NCBI GenBank assembly: GCA_032718475.1
Contig: JAUCBJ010003147.1
Span: 3,627 to 67,626 of the forward strand
Source: Nemertoderma westbladi
Taxonomy: Eukaryota > Animalia > Xenacoelomorpha
Direction: 5' to 3'
Length of the DNA stretch: 64,000 nt
In this document: positions 1 to 15,945 of the stretch, one piece after another
Layout: the number at the start of each line of letters is the position of its first letter
Position numbering within the stretch: position 1 is the stretch's first letter
Notes under the pieces: generated by a model
Told to the model about the DNA's origin: nothing
Seen by the model: the letters and a program-made list of their open reading frames with translations, nothing else
Databases searched by the model: none
Program-made: the position numbers and the translations under genes

Positions 1-3000
1 CCCGACCATTTCATTACGTACTCAGTTTTACTCACGACCAGTCAATAACACACTTAGTATATGAGCTCCGACCATTTAATAACGTACTCAGTTTTACTCA
101 CGACCAGTCAATAACACACTTAGTATGAACCCCGACCATTTAATTACGTTCTCAGTTTTACTAACTACCAGTCAATAACACACTTAGTATATGAGCTCCG
201 AACATTTAATAACGTACTCAGTTTTACTCACGACCAGTCAATAACACACTTTGTATGAACCCCGACCATTTAATAACGTACTCAGTTTTACTCACGACCA
301 GTCAATAACACACTTAGTATATGAGCTCCGACCATTTAATAACGTACTCAGTTTTACTCACGACTAGTCAATAACACACTTAGTATGAACCCCGACCATT
401 TAATTACGTACTGAGTTTTACTCACGACCAGTCAATAACACACTTAGTATGAACCCCGACCATTTAATAACGTACTCAGTTTTACTCACGACCAGTCAAT
501 AACACACATAGTATATGAGCTCCGACCATTTAATAACGTACTCAGTTTTACTCACGACCAGTTAATAACACACTTAGTATATGAGCTCCGACCATTTAAT
601 AACGTACTTAGTTTTACTCACGACCAGTCAATAACACACTTAGTATGAACCCCGACCATTTAATTACGTACTCAGTTTTACTCACGACCAGTCAATAACA
701 CACTTAGTATATGAGCTCCGACCATTTAATAACGTACTCAGTTTTACTCACGACCAGTCAATAACACACTTAGTATATGAGCTCCGACCATTTAATTACG
801 TACTCAGTTTTACTCACGACCAGTCAATAACACACTTAGTATATGAGCTCCGACCATTTAATAACGTACTCAGTTTTACTCACGACCAGTCAATAACACA
901 CTTAGTATGAACCCCGACCATTTAATTACGTACTCAGTTTTACTCACGACCAGTCAATAACACACTTAGTATATGAGCTCCGAACATTTAATAACGTACT
1001 CAGTTTTACTCACGACCAGTCAATAACACACTTTGTATGAACCCCGACCATTTAATAACGTACTCAGTTTTACTTACGACCAGTCAATAACACACTTAGT
1101 ATATGAGCTCCGGCCATTTAATAACGTACTCAGTTTTACTCACGACCGGTCAATAACACACTTAGTATATGAGCTCCGACAATTTCATAACGTACTCAGT
1201 TTTACTCACGACCAGTCAATAACACACTTAGTATATGAGCTCCGACCATTTAATAACGTACTCAGTTTTACTCACGACCTGTCAATAAATCACTTCGTAT
1301 GAACCCCGACCATTTAATTACGTACTCAGTTTTAATCACGACCAGTCAATAACACACTTAGTATGAACCCCGACCATTTAATTACGTACTCAGTTTTACT
1401 CACGACCAGTCAATAACACACTTAGTATGAACCCCGACCATTTAATTACGTACTCAGTTTTAATCACGACCAGTCAATAACACACTTAGTATGAACCCCG
1501 ACCATTTAATTACGTACTCTGTTTTACTCACGATCAGTCAATAACACACTTAGTATATGAGCTCCGACCATTTAATAACGTACTCAGTTTTACTCACGAT
1601 CAGTCAATAACACACTTAGTATGAACCCGGACCATTTAATTACGTACTCAGTTTTACTCACATCCAGTCAATAACACACTTAGTATGAACCCCGACCATT
1701 TCATTACGTAATCGGTTTTACTCACGACCAGTCAATAACACACTTAGTATGAACCCCGACCATTTAATAACGTACTCAGTTTTACTCACGACCAGTCAAT
1801 AACACACTTAGTATATGAGCTCTGACCTTTTAATAACGTACTCAGTTTTACTCACGACCAGTCAATAACACACTTAGTATATGAGCTCCGACCATTTAAT
1901 AACGTACTTAGTTTTACTCACGACCAGTCAATAACACACTTAGTATATGAGCTCCGACCATTTAATAACGGACTCAGTTTTACTCACGACCAGTCAATAA
2001 CACACTTAGTATGAACCCCGACAATTTAATTACGTACTCAGTTTTACTCACGACCAGTCAATAACACACTTAGTATATGAGCTCCGACCATTTAATTACG
2101 TACTCAGTTTTACTCACGACCAGTCAATAACACACTTTGTATGAACCCCGACCATTTAATTACGTACTCAGTTTTACTCACGTCCAGTAAATAACACGCT
2201 TAGTATGAACCCCGACCATTTCATTACGTACTCAGTTTTACTCACGACCAGTCAATAACACACTTAGTATATGAGCTCCGACCATTTAATAACGTACTCA
2301 GTTTTACTCACGACCAGTCAATAACACACTTAGTATATGAGCTCCGACCATTTAATAACGTACTCAGTTTTACTCACGACCAGTCAATAACACACTTAGT
2401 ATGAACCCCGACCATTTAATTACGTACTCAGTTTTACTCACGACCAGTCAATAACACACTTAGTATATGAGCTCCGACCATTTAATAACGTACTCAGTTT
2501 TACTCACGACCAGTCAATAACACACTTAGTATGAACCCCGACCATTTAATTACGTACTCAGTTTTACTCACGACCAGTCAATAACACACTTAGTATGAAC
2601 CCCGACCATTTAATAACGTACTTAGTTTTACTCACGACCAGTCAATAACACACTTAGTATATGAGCCCCGACCATTTAATAACGTACTCAGTTTTACTCA
2701 CGACCAGTCAATAACACACTTAGTATATGAGATCCGACCATTTAATAACGTACTCAGTTTTACTCACGACCAGTCAATAACACACTTAGTATATGAGCTC
2801 CGACCATTTAATAACGTACTCAGTTTTACTCACGACCAGTCAATAACACACTTAGTATGAACCCCGACCATTTAATAACGTACTCAGTTTTACTCACGAC
2901 CAGTCAATAACACACTTAGTATATAAGCTCCGACCATTTAATAACGTACTCAGTTTTACTCACGACCAGTCAATAACACACTTAGTATATGAGCTCCGAC

Positions 3001-3035
3001 AATTTCATAACGTACTCAGTTTTACTCACGACCAG
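1..3035. repeat. 64/66-bp tandem satellite, array 1 (~46 units, runs off the window start)
   Basis: Unit A (66 bp) ATATGAGCTCCGACCATTTAATAACGTACTCAGTTTTACTCACGACCAGTCAATAACACACTTAGT is interspersed with unit B (64 bp, begins ATGAACCCCGACC). Units are head-to-tail with no spacers. Confidence 0.98.
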
Positions 3036-3420
3036 CACCCCCACCCTCATCCCACCTCTTTACCATGTGCCCCACCGCCCTCCGGCCCCCCACAACCCGC
3101 CTCCAACCCCACACCCATCCCCGCCCCACCCCCCACCCCAACACAATCCCCACGCCCCCACCTCCACCCCTAACCCCACCCACAGGCCCCACCAGAACGC
3201 CTAACACTCATCCCCAGACCCCTACCGCACCCCCAACCCAAACCCTAACCTCCCACCTCACACCCCCACCCCCACACCCATCCAGCACCCCAAACCTCAT
3301 CCCACCTCTTTACCATGTGCCCTTCCTCCCTCCGGCCCCCCACAACCTGCCTCCAACCCCACACACCATCCCCACCCCAACCCCCATCCCAACACAACCC
3401 CCACACCCCCACATCCACAC
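3036..3420. repeat. C-rich low-complexity block with internal duplication (G-rich on minus strand)
   Basis: CCCCA/CCCAC runs; CCTCATCCCACCTCTTTACCATGTGCCC occurs twice; near-identical block at 15453-15945. Confidence 0.9.
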
Positions 3421-3711
3421 TTGTCTGGTTGGACGAGAGGAACAACTGTTGGTGAAACGAATTCATATACCCCGGGTTGTCCTCATTTAGTCGATATCCG
3501 ACCCGTCGACCCCTCCTATAGATTTGGAATATTCGGTTCCCGTTTCTGATTGTGTCTACTATGATCGACTCACCCGCAGGTAACTTTACACTCTTACAGC
3601 CATTATTTTCATATGTTTCATTGAAAAGTGCTATAAATAGACAATCACAAAAACCTAACCAAAATTTACGAAATTATATTTCATCCTGATTATTTCCGTC
3701 CTGATTGTCGT

Positions 3712-3915
3712 ACATTGTCAGTGCATACATATATGTGTTACATTAAGCCGTCCTGGTAGAACATTGTCAGTATACATACATATATGTGTTACATTAAGCC
3801 GTCCTGGTAGAACATTGTCAGTGCATACATATATGTGTTACATTAAGCCGTCCTGGTAGAACATTGTCAGTATACATACATATATGTGTTACATTAAGCC
3901 GTCCTGGTAGAACAT
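3712..3915. repeat. 49/51-bp minisatellite, ~4 units
   Basis: ACATTGTCAGTGCATACATATATGTGTTACATTAAGCCGTCCTGGTAGA in tandem; same family as 16483-17005. Confidence 0.95.
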
Positions 3916-6900
3916 CAGTCAATAACACACTTAGTATATGAGCTCCGACCATTTAATAACTTACTCAGTTTTACTCACGACCGGTCAATAACACACTTAG
4001 TATGAACCCCGACCATTTAATTACGTACTCAGTTTTACTCACGACCAGTCAATAACACACTTAGTATATGAGCTCCGACCATTTAATAACGTACTCAGTT
4101 TTACTCACGACTAGTCAATAAGACACTTAGTATGAGCTCCGACCATTTAATAACGTACTCAGTTTTACTCACGACCAGTCAATAACACACTTAGTATATG
4201 AGCTCCGACCATTTAATAACGTACTCAGTTTTACTCACGACCAGTCAATAACACACTTAGTATATGAGCTCCGACCATTTAATAACGTACTCAGTTTTAC
4301 TCACGACCAGTCAATAACACACTTAGTATGGGCTCCGACGATTTAATAACGTACTCAGTTTTACTCACGACCGCAGTCAATAACACACTTAGTATGAACC
4401 CCGACCATTTAATAACGTACTCAGTTTTACTCACGACCAGTCAATAACACACTTAGTATATGAGCTCCGACCATTTAATAACGTACTCAGTTTTTCTCAC
4501 GACCAGTCAATAACACACTTAGTATGAGCTCCGACGATTTAATAACGTACTCAGTTTTACTCACGACCAGTCAATAACACACTTAGTATGAGCTCCGACC
4601 ATTTAATAACGTACTCAGTTTTACTCACGACCGCAGTCAATAACACACTTAGTATGAGCTCCGACGATTTAATAACGTACTCAGTTTTACTCACGACCGC
4701 AGTCAATAACACACTTAGTATGAACCCCGACCATTTAATAACGTACTCAGTTTTACTCACGACCAGTCAATAACACACTTAGTATATGAGCTCCGACCAT
4801 TTAATAACGTACTCAGTTTTACTCACGACCAGTCAATAACACACTTAGTATGAGCTCCGACCATTTAATTACGTACTCAGTTTTACTCACGACCAGTCAA
4901 TAACACACTTAGTATATGAGCTCCGACCATTTAATAACGTACTCATTTTTTATCACGGCCAGTCAATAACACACTTAGTATGAGCTCCGACCATTTAATA
5001 ACGTTCTCAGTTTTACTCACGACCAGTCAATAACACACTTAGTATGAACCCCGACCATTTAATAACGTACTCAGTTTTACTCACCACCAGTCAATAACAC
5101 ACTTAGTATATGAGCTCCGACCATTTAATAACGTTCTCAGTTTTACTCACGACCAGTCAATAACACACTTAGTATGAACCCCGACCATTTAATTACGTAC
5201 TGAGTTTTACTCACGACCAGTCAATAACACACTTAGTATGAACCCCGACCATTTAATTACGTACTCAGTTTTACTCACGACCAGTCAATAACACACTTAG
5301 TATATGAGCTCCGACCATTTAATAACGTACTCAGTTTTACTCACGACCAGTCAATAACACACTTAGTATGAACCCCGACCATTTAATTACGTACTCAGTT
5401 TTACTCACGACCAGTCAATAACACACTTAGTATATGAGCTCCGACCATATAATAACGTACTCAGTTTTACTCACGACCAGTCAATAACACACTTAGTATG
5501 AGCTCCGACCATTTAATAACGTACTCAGTTTTACTCACGACCAGTCAATTACACACTTAGTATGAACCCCGACCATTTAATAACGTACTCAGTTTTACTC
5601 ACGACCAGTCAATAACACACTTAGTATATGAGCTCCGACCATTTAATAACGTACTCAGTTTTACTCACGACCAGTCAATAACACACTTAGTATATGAGCT
5701 CCGACCATTTAATAACGTACTCAGTTTTACTCACGACCAGTCAATAACACACTTAGTATATGAGCTCCGACCATTTAATAACGTACTCAGTTTTACTCAC
5801 GACCAGTCAATAACACACTTAGTATGAACCCCGACAATTTAATTACGTACTCAGTTTTACTCACGACCAGTCAATAACATACTTTGTATGAACTCCGACC
5901 ATTTAATTACGTACTCAGTTTTAATCACGACCAGTCAATAACACACTTAGTATGAACCCCGACCATTTCATTACGTACTCAGTTTTACTCACCACCAGTC
6001 AATAACACACTTAGTATATGAGCTCCGACCATTTAATAACGTACTCAGTTTTACTCACGACCAGTCAATAACACACTTAGTATATGAGCTCCGACCATTT
6101 AATAACGTACTCAGTTTTACTCACGACCAGTCAATAACACACTTAGTATGAACCCCGACCATTTAATTACGTACTGAGTTTTACTCACGACCAGTCAATA
6201 ACACACTTAGTATGAACCCCGACCATTTAATAACGTACTCAGTTTCACTCACGACCAGTCAATAACACACTTAGTATATGAGCTCCGACCATTTAATAAC
6301 GTACTCAGTTTTACTGACGACCAGTCAATAACACACTTAGTATATGAGCTCCGACCATTTAATAACGTACTCAGTTTTACTCACGACCAGTCAATAACAC
6401 ACTTAGTATATGAGCTCCGACCATTTAATAACGTACTTAGTTTTACTTACGACCAGTCAATAACACACTTAGTATGAACCCCGACTATTTAATTACGTAC
6501 TCAGTTTTACTCACGACCAGTCAATAACACACTTAGTATATGAGCTCCGAACATTTAATAACGTACTCAGTTTTACTCACGACCAGTCAATAACACACTT
6601 AGTATATGAGCTCCGACCATTTAATAACGTACTCAGTTTTACTCACGACCAGTCAATAACACACTTAGTATATGAGCTCCGACCATTTAATTACGTACTC
6701 AGTTTTACTCACGACCAGTCAATAACACACTTAGTATATGAGCTCCGACCATTTAATAACGTACTCAGTTTTACTCACGACCAGTCAATAACACACTTAG
6801 TATGAACCCCGACCATTTAATTACGTACTCAGTTTTACTCACGACCAGTCAATAACACACTTAGTATATGAGCTCCGAACATTTAATAACGTACTCAGTT

Positions 6901-9900
6901 TTACTTACGACCAGTCAATAACACACTTTGTATGAACCCCGACCATTTAATAACGTACTCAGTTTTACTCACGACCAGTCAATAACACACTTAGTATATG
7001 AGCTCCGACCATTTAATAACGTACTCAGTTTTACTCACGACCAGTCAATAACACACTTAGTATGAACCCTGACCATTTTATTACGTACTGAGTTTTACTC
7101 ACGACCAGTCAATAACACACTTAGTATGAACCCCGACCATTTAATAACGTACTCAGTTTTACTCACGACCAGTCAATAACACACTTAGTATATGAGCTCC
7201 GACCATTTAATAAAGTACTCAGTTTTACTCACGACCAGTCAATAACACACTTAGTATATGAGCTCCTACCATTTAATAACGTACTCAGTTTTACTCACGA
7301 CCAGTCAATAACACACTTAGTATGAACCCCGACCATTTAATAACGTACTCAGTTTTACTCACGACCAGTCAATAACACACTTAGTATATGAGCTCCGACC
7401 ATTTAATAACGTACTCGGTTTTACTCACGACCAGTCAATAACACACTTATTATATGAGCTCCGACCATTTAATAACGTACTCAGTTTTACTCACGACCAG
7501 TCAATAACACACTTAGTATATGAGCTCCGACCGTTTAATAACGTACTCAGTTTTACTCACGACCAGTCAATAACACACTTAGTATATGAGCTCCGACCAT
7601 TTAATAACGTACTCAGTTTTACTCACGACCAGTCAATAACACACTTAGTATATGAGCTCAGACAATTTCATAACGTACTCAGTTTTACTCACGACCAGTC
7701 AATAACACACTTATTATATGAGCTCCGACAATTTAATAACGTACTCAGTTTTACTCACGACCTGTCAATAAATGACTTAGTATGAACCCCGACCATTTAA
7801 TTACGTACTCAGTTTTACTCACGACCAGTCAATAACACACTTAGTATGAACCCCGACCATTTAATTACGTACTCGGTTTTACTCACGACCAGTCAATAAC
7901 ACACTTAGTATATGAGCTCCGACCATTTAATAACGTACTCAGTTTTACTCACGACCAGTCAATAACACACTTAGTATGAACCCCGACCATTTAATTACGT
8001 ACTCAGTTTTACTCACGACCAGTCAATAACACACTTAGTATGAATCCCGACCATTTCATTACGTACTCAGTTTTACTCACGATCAGTCAATAACACACTT
8101 AGTATGAACCCCGACCATTTAATTACCTACTCAGTTTTACTCACGACCAGTCAATAACACACTTAGTATGAACCCCGACCATTTAATTACGTACTCAGTT
8201 TTACTCACATCCAGTCAATAACACACTTAGTATGAACCCCGACCATTTAATTACGTACTCAGTTTTACTCACATCCAGTCAATAACACACTTAGTATGAA
8301 CCCCGACCATTTCATTACGTAATCGGTTTTACTCACGACCAGTCAATAACACACTTAGTATGAACCCCGACCATTTAATAACGTACTCAGTTTTACTCAC
8401 GACCAGTCAATAACACACTTAGTATATGAGCTCTGACCTTTTAATAACGTACTCAGTTTTACTCACGACCAGTCAATAACACACTTAGTATATGAGCTCC
8501 GACCATTTAATTACGTACTTAGTTTTACTCGCGACCAGTCAATAACACACTTAGTATATGAGCTCCGACCATTTAATAACGGACTCAGTTTTACTCACGA
8601 CCAGTCAATAACACACTTAGTATGAACCCCGACAATTTAATTACGTACTCAGTTTTACTCACGACCAGTCAATAACACACTTTGTATGAACCCCGACCAT
8701 TTAATTACGTACTCAGTTTTACTCACGTCCAGTAAATAACACACTTAGTATGAACCCCGATCATTTCATTACGTACTCAGTTTTACTCACGACCAGTCAA
8801 TAACACACTTAGTATATGAGCTCCGAACATTTAATAACGTACTCAGTTTTACTCACGACCAGTCAATAACACACTTAGTATATGAGCCCCGACCATTTAA
8901 TAACGTACTCAGTTTTACTCACGACCAGTCAATAACACACTTAGTATATGAGCTCCGACCATTTAATAACGTACTCAGTTTTACTCACGACCAGTCAATA
9001 ACACACTTAGTATATGAGCTCCGACCATTTAATAACGTACTCAGTTTTACTCACGACCAGTCAATAACACACTTAGTATGAACCCCGACAATTTAATTAC
9101 GTACTCAGTTTTACTCACGACCAGTCAATAACACACTTTGTATGAACTCCGACCATTTAATTACGTACTCAGTTTTACTCACGACCAGTCAATAACACAC
9201 TTAGTATGAACCCCGACCATTTCATTACGTACTTAGTTTTACTCACCACCAGTCAATAACACACTTAGTATATGAGCTCCGACCATTTAATAACGTACTC
9301 AGTTTTACTCACCACCAGTCAATAACACACTTAGTATATGAGCTCCGACCATTTAATAACGTACTCAGTTTTACTCACGACCAGTCAATAACACACTTAG
9401 TATGAACCCCGACCATTTAATTACGTACTGAGTTTTACTCACGACCAGTCAATAACACACTTAGTATGAACCCCGACCATTTAATAACGTACTCAGTTTT
9501 ACTCACGACCAGTCAATAACACACTTAGTATATGAGCTCCGACCATTTAATAACGTACTCAGTTTTACTCACGACCAGTCAATAACACACTTAGTATGAA
9601 CCCCGACCATTTAATTACGTACTCAGTTTTACTCACGACCAGTCAATAACACACTTAGTATGAACCCCGACCATTTAATTACGTACTGAGTTTTACTCAC
9701 GACCAGTCAATAACACACTTAGTATGAACCCCGACCATTTAATAACGTACTCAGTTTTACTCACGACCAGTCAATAACACACTTAGTATATGAGCTCCGA
9801 CCATTTAATAGCGTACTCAGTTTTACTCACGACCAGTCAATAACACACTTAGTATATGAGCTCCGACCATTTAATAACGTACTTAGTTTTACTCACGACC

Positions 9901-12900
9901 AGTCAATAACACACTTAGTATATGAGCTCCGACCATTTAATAACGTACTCAGTTTTACTCACGACCAGTCAATAACACACTTAGTATATGAGCTCCGGCC
10001 ATTTAATAACGTACTCAGTTTTACTCACGACCAGTCAATAACACACTTAGTATGAACCCCGAACATTTAATTACGTACTCAGGTTTACTCACGACCAGTC
10101 AATAACACACTTAGTATATGAGCTCCGAACATTTAATAACGTACTCAGTTTTACTCACGACCAGTCAATAACACACTTAGTATATGAGCTCCGACCATTT
10201 AATAACGTACTCAGTTTTACTCACGACCAGTCAATAACACACTTAGTATATGAGCTCCGACCATTTAATAACGTACTCAGTTTTACTCACGACCAGTCAA
10301 TAACACACTTAGTATATGAGCTCCGACCATTTAATAACGTACTCAGTTTTACTCACGACCAGTCAATAACACACTTAGTATATGAGCTCCGACCATTTAA
10401 TAACGTACTCAGTTTTACTCACCACCAGTCAATAACACACTTAGTATATGAGCTCAGACCATTTAATAACGTACTCAGTTTTACTCACGACCAGTCAATA
10501 ACACACTTAGTATATGAGCTCCGACCATTTAATAACGTACTCAGTTTTACTCACCACCAGTCAATAACACACTTAGTATATGAGCTCCGACCATTTAATA
10601 ACGTACTCAGTTTTACTCACGACCAGTCAATAACACACTTAGTATATGAGCTCCGACCATTTAATAACGTACTCAGTTTTACTCACGACCAGTCAATAAC
10701 ACACTTAGTATATGAGCTCCGACCATTTAATAACGTACTCAGTTTTACTCACGACCAGTCAATAACACACTTAGTATATGAGCTCCGACCATTTAATAAC
10801 GTACTCAGTTTTACTCACGACCAGTCAATAACACACTTAGTATATGAGTTCCGACCATTTAATAACGTACTCAGTTTTACTCACCACCAGTCAATAACAC
10901 ACTTAGTATATGAACTCCGACCATTTAATAACGTACTCAGTTTTACTCACGACCAGTCAATAACACACTTAGTATATGAGCTCCGACCATTTAATAACGT
11001 ACTCAGTTTTACTCACGACCAGTCAATAACACACTTAGTATATGAGCTCCGACCATTTAATAACGTACTCAGTTTTACTCACGACCAGTCAATAACACAC
11101 TTAGTATATGAGCTCCGACCATTTAATAACGTACTCAGTTTTACTCACGACCAGTCAATAACACACTTAGTATATGAGCTCCGACCATTTAATAACGTAC
11201 TCAGTTTTACTCACGACCAGTCAATAACACACTTAGTATGAACCCCGATCATTTAATTACGTACTCAGTTTTACTCACGACCAGTCAATAACACACTTAG
11301 TATATGAGCTCCGAACATTTAATAACGTACTCAGTTTTACTCACGACCAGTCAATAACACACTTTGTATGAACCCCGACCATTTAATAACGTACTCAGTT
11401 TTACTCACGACCAGTCAATAACACACTTAGTATATGAGCTCCGACCATTTAATAACGTACTCAGTTTTACTCACGACCAGTCAATAACACACTTAGTATG
11501 AACCCCGACCATTTAATTACGTACTGAGTTTTACTCACGACCAGTCAATAACACACTTAGTATGAACCCCGACCATTTAATAACGTACTCAGTTTTACTC
11601 ACGACCTGTCAATAACACACTTAGTATATGAGCTCCGACCATTTAATAACGTACTCAGTTTTACTCACGACCAGTCAATAACACACTTACTATATGAGCT
11701 CCGACCATTTTATAACGTACTCAGTTTTACTCACGACCAGTCAATAACACACTTAGTATATGAGCTCCGACCATTTAATAACGTACTCAGTTTTACTCAC
11801 GACCAGTCAATAACACACTTAGTATGAACCCCGACCATTTAATTACGTACTCAGTTTTACTCACGACCAGTCAATAACACACTTAGTATATGAGCTCCGA
11901 ACATTTAATAACGTACTCAGTTTTACTCACGACCAGTCAATAACACACTTTGTATGAACCCCGACCATTTAATAACGTACTCAGTTTTACTCACGACCAG
12001 TCAATAACACACTTAGTATATGAGCTCCGACCATTTAATAACGTACTCAGTTTTACTCACGACCAGTCAATAACACACTTAGTATGAACCCCGATCATTT
12101 AATTACGTACTCAGTTTTACTCACGACCAGTCAATAACACACTTAGTATATGAGCTCCGAACATTTAATAACGTACTCAGTTTTACTCACGACCAGTCAA
12201 TAACACACTTTGTATGAACCCCGACCATTTAATAACGTACTCAGTTTTACTCACGACCAGTCAATAACACACTTAGTATATGAGCTCCGACCATTTAATA
12301 ACGTACTCAGTTTTACTCACGACCAGTCAATAACACACTTAGTATGAACCCCGACCATTTAATTACGTACTGAGTTTTACTCACGACCAGTCAATAACAC
12401 ACTTAGTATGAACCCCGACCATTTAATAACGTACTCAGTTTTACTCACGACCTGTCAATAACACACTTAGTATATGAGCTCCGACCATTTAATAACGTAC
12501 TCAGTTTTACTCACGACCAGTCAATAACACACTTACTATATGAGCTCCGACCATTTTATAACGTACTCAGTTTTACTCACGACCAGTCAATAACACACTT
12601 AGTATATGAGCTCCGACCATTTAATAACGTACTCAGTTTTACTCACGACCAGTCAATAACACACTTAGTATGAACCCCGACCATTTAATTACGTACTCAG
12701 TTTTACTCACGACCAGTCAATAACACACTTAGTATATGAGCTCCGAACATTTAATAACGTACTCAGTTTTACTCACGACCAGTCAATAACACACTTTGTA
12801 TGAACCCCGACCATTTAATAACGTACTCAGTTTTACTCACGACCAGTCAATAACACACTTAGTATATGAGCTCCGACCATTTAATAACGTACTCAGTTTT

Positions 12901-15452
12901 ACTCACGACCAGTCAATAACACACTTAGTATATGAGCTCCGACAATTTCATAACGTACTCAGTTTTACTCACGACCAGTCAATAACACACTCAGTATATG
13001 AGCTCCGACCATTTAATAACGTACTCAGTTTTACTCACGACCTGTCAATAAATCACTTAGTATGAACCCCGACCATTTAATTACGTACTCAGTTTTACTC
13101 ACGACCAGTCAATAACACACTTAGTATGAACCCCGACCATTTAATTACGTACTCAGTTTTACTCACGACCAGTCAATAACACACTTAGTATGAACCCCGA
13201 CCATTTAATTACGTACTCAGTTTTACTCACGACCAGTCAATAACACACTTAGTATGAACCCCGACCATTTAATTACGTACTCAGTTTTACTCACGATCAG
13301 TCAATAACACACTTAGTATGAACCCCGACCATTTAATTACGTACTCAGTTTTACTCACGATCTGTCAATAACACACTTAGTATGAACCCCGACCATTTAA
13401 TAACGTACTCAGTTTTACTCACGACCAGTCAATAACACACTTAGTATATGAGCTCCGACCTTTTAATAACGTACTCAGTTTTACTCACGACCAGTCAATA
13501 ACACACTTAGTATATGAGCTCCGACCATTTAATAACGTACTTAGTTTTACTCACGACCAGTCAATAACACACTTAGTATATGAGCTGCGACCATTTAATA
13601 ACGGACTCAGTTTTACTCACGACCAGTCAATAACACACTTAGTATATGAGCTGCGACCATTTAATAACGGACTCAGTTTTACTCACGACCAGTCAATAAC
13701 ACACTTAGTATATGAGCTCCGACCTTTTAATAACGTACTCAGTTTTACTCACGACCAGTCAATAACACACTTAGTATATGAGCTCCGACCATTTAATAAC
13801 GTACTTAGTTTTACTCACGACCAGTCAATAACACACTTAGTATATGAGCTGCGACCATTTAATAACGGACTCAGTTTTACTCACGACCAGTCAATAACAC
13901 ACTTAGTATGAACCCCGACAATTTAATTACGTACTCAGTTTTACTCACGACCAGTCAATAACACACTTTGTATGAACCCCGACCATTTAATTACGTACTC
14001 AGTTTTACTCACGTCCAGTAAATAACACACTTAGTATGAACCCCGACCATTTCATTACGTACTCAGTTTTACTCACGACCAGTCAATAACACACTTAGTA
14101 TATGAGCTCCGACCATTTAATAACGTACTCAGTTTTACTCACGACCAGTCAATAACACACTTAGTATATGAGCTCCGACCATTTAATAACGTACTCAGTT
14201 TTACTCACGACCAGTCAATAACACACTTAGTATGAACCCCGACCATTTAATTACGTACTGAGTTTTACTCACGACCAGTCGATAACACACTTAGTATGAA
14301 CCCCGACCATTTAATAACGTACTCAGTTTTACTCACGACCTGTCAATAACACACTTAGTATATGAGCTCCGACCATTTAATTACGTACTCAGTTTTACTC
14401 ACGACCAGTCAATAACACACTTAGTATATGAGCTACGACCTTTTAATAACGTACTCAGTTTTACTCACGACCAGTCAATAACACACTTAGTATATGAGCT
14501 CCGACCATTTAATAACGTACTTAGTTTTACTCACGACCAGTCAATAACACACTTAGTATATGAGCTGCGACCATTTAATAACGGACTCAGTTTTACTCAC
14601 GACCAGTCAATAACACACTTAGTATGAACCCCGACAATTTAATTACGTACTCAGTTTTACTCACGACCAGTCAATAACACACTTTGTATGAACCCCGACC
14701 ATTTAATTACGTACTCAGTTTTACTCACGTCCAGTAAATAACACACTTAGTATGAACCCCGACCATTTCATTACGTACTCAGTTTTACTCACGACCAGTC
14801 AATAACACACTTAGTATATGAGCTCCGACCATTTAATAACGTACTCAGTTTTACTCACGACCAGTCAATAACACACTTAGTATATGAGCTCCGACCATTT
14901 AATAACGTACTCAGTTTTACTCACGACCAGTCAATAACACACTTAGTATGAACCCCGACCATTTAATTACGTACTCAGTTTTACTCAGGACCAGTCAATA
15001 ACACACTTAGTATGAACCCCGACCATTTAATAACGTACTCAGTTTTACTTACGACCAGTCAATAACACACTTAGTATATGAGCCCCGACCATTTAATAAC
15101 GTACTCAGTTTTACTCACGACCAGTCAATAACACACTTAGTATATGAGCTCCGACCATTTAATAACGTACTCAGTTTTACTCACGACCAGTCAATAACAC
15201 ACTTAGTATATGAGCTCCGACCATTTAATAACGTACTCAGTTTTACTCACGACCAGTCAATAACACACTTAGTATGAACCCCGACCATTTAATAACGTAC
15301 TCAGTTTTACTCACGACCAGTCAATAACACACTTAGTATATAAGCTCCGACCATTTAATAACGTACTCAGTTTTACTCACGACCAGTCAATAACACACTT
15401 AGTATATGAGCTCCGACAATTTCATAACGTACTCAGTTTTACTCACGACCAG
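3916..15452. repeat. 64/66-bp tandem satellite, array 2 (~175 units)
   Basis: Same A/B units as array 1. Ends at the same junction (CACGACCAG|CACCCCCACC) as array 1. Confidence 0.98.
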
Positions 15453-15945
15453 CACCCCCACCCTCATCCCACCTCTTTACCATGTGCCCCACCGCCCTCC
15501 GGCCCCCCACAACCCGCCTCCAACCCCACACCCATCCCCACCCCCCACCCCAACATAATTCCCACGCCCCCACCTCCACCCCTAACCCCACCCACAGGCC
15601 CCACCAGAACGCCTAACACTCATCCCCAGACCCCTACCGCACCCCCATCCCCAACCCAAACCCTAACCTCCCACCTCACACCCCCACCCCCATACCCATC
15701 CAGCACCCCAAACCTCATCCCACCTCTTTACCATGTGCCCTACCTCCCTCCGGCCCCCCACAACCCGCCTCCAACCCCACACACCATCCCCACCCCAACC
15801 CCCATCCCAACACAACCCCCACATCCACCCCCAACCCCACCCCCACCAAAACCCCCACCACCCATCCCCACACCCCTACCGCACCCCCAACCCAAACCCT
15901 AACGCCCCACCTCCCACCCCCACACCTATTCAGCACCCCCACCCT
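15453..15945. repeat. C-rich low-complexity block, second copy
   Basis: Homologous to 3036-3420 and somewhat longer. Confidence 0.9.

Noticed and set aside
3165-3250. CCCTAA telomere-like hexamers in the C-rich blocks
   Set aside because: Isolated single hexamers, not a tandem telomeric array.
2989-3490. Pro-rich and Gly-rich ORFs here and at 15715-15996 and 16917-17390
   Set aside because: Artefacts of C-rich low-complexity DNA.
3421-3586. GC-richer segment ending in CAG|GTAACT, resembling an exon
   Set aside because: All three plus-strand frames contain stops and no acceptor or domain is recognisable.
1-15452. CRISPR-like appearance of regular 64/66-bp repeats
   Set aside because: Units are contiguous with no unique spacers, no cas genes are present, and the context is eukaryotic with spliceosomal introns.
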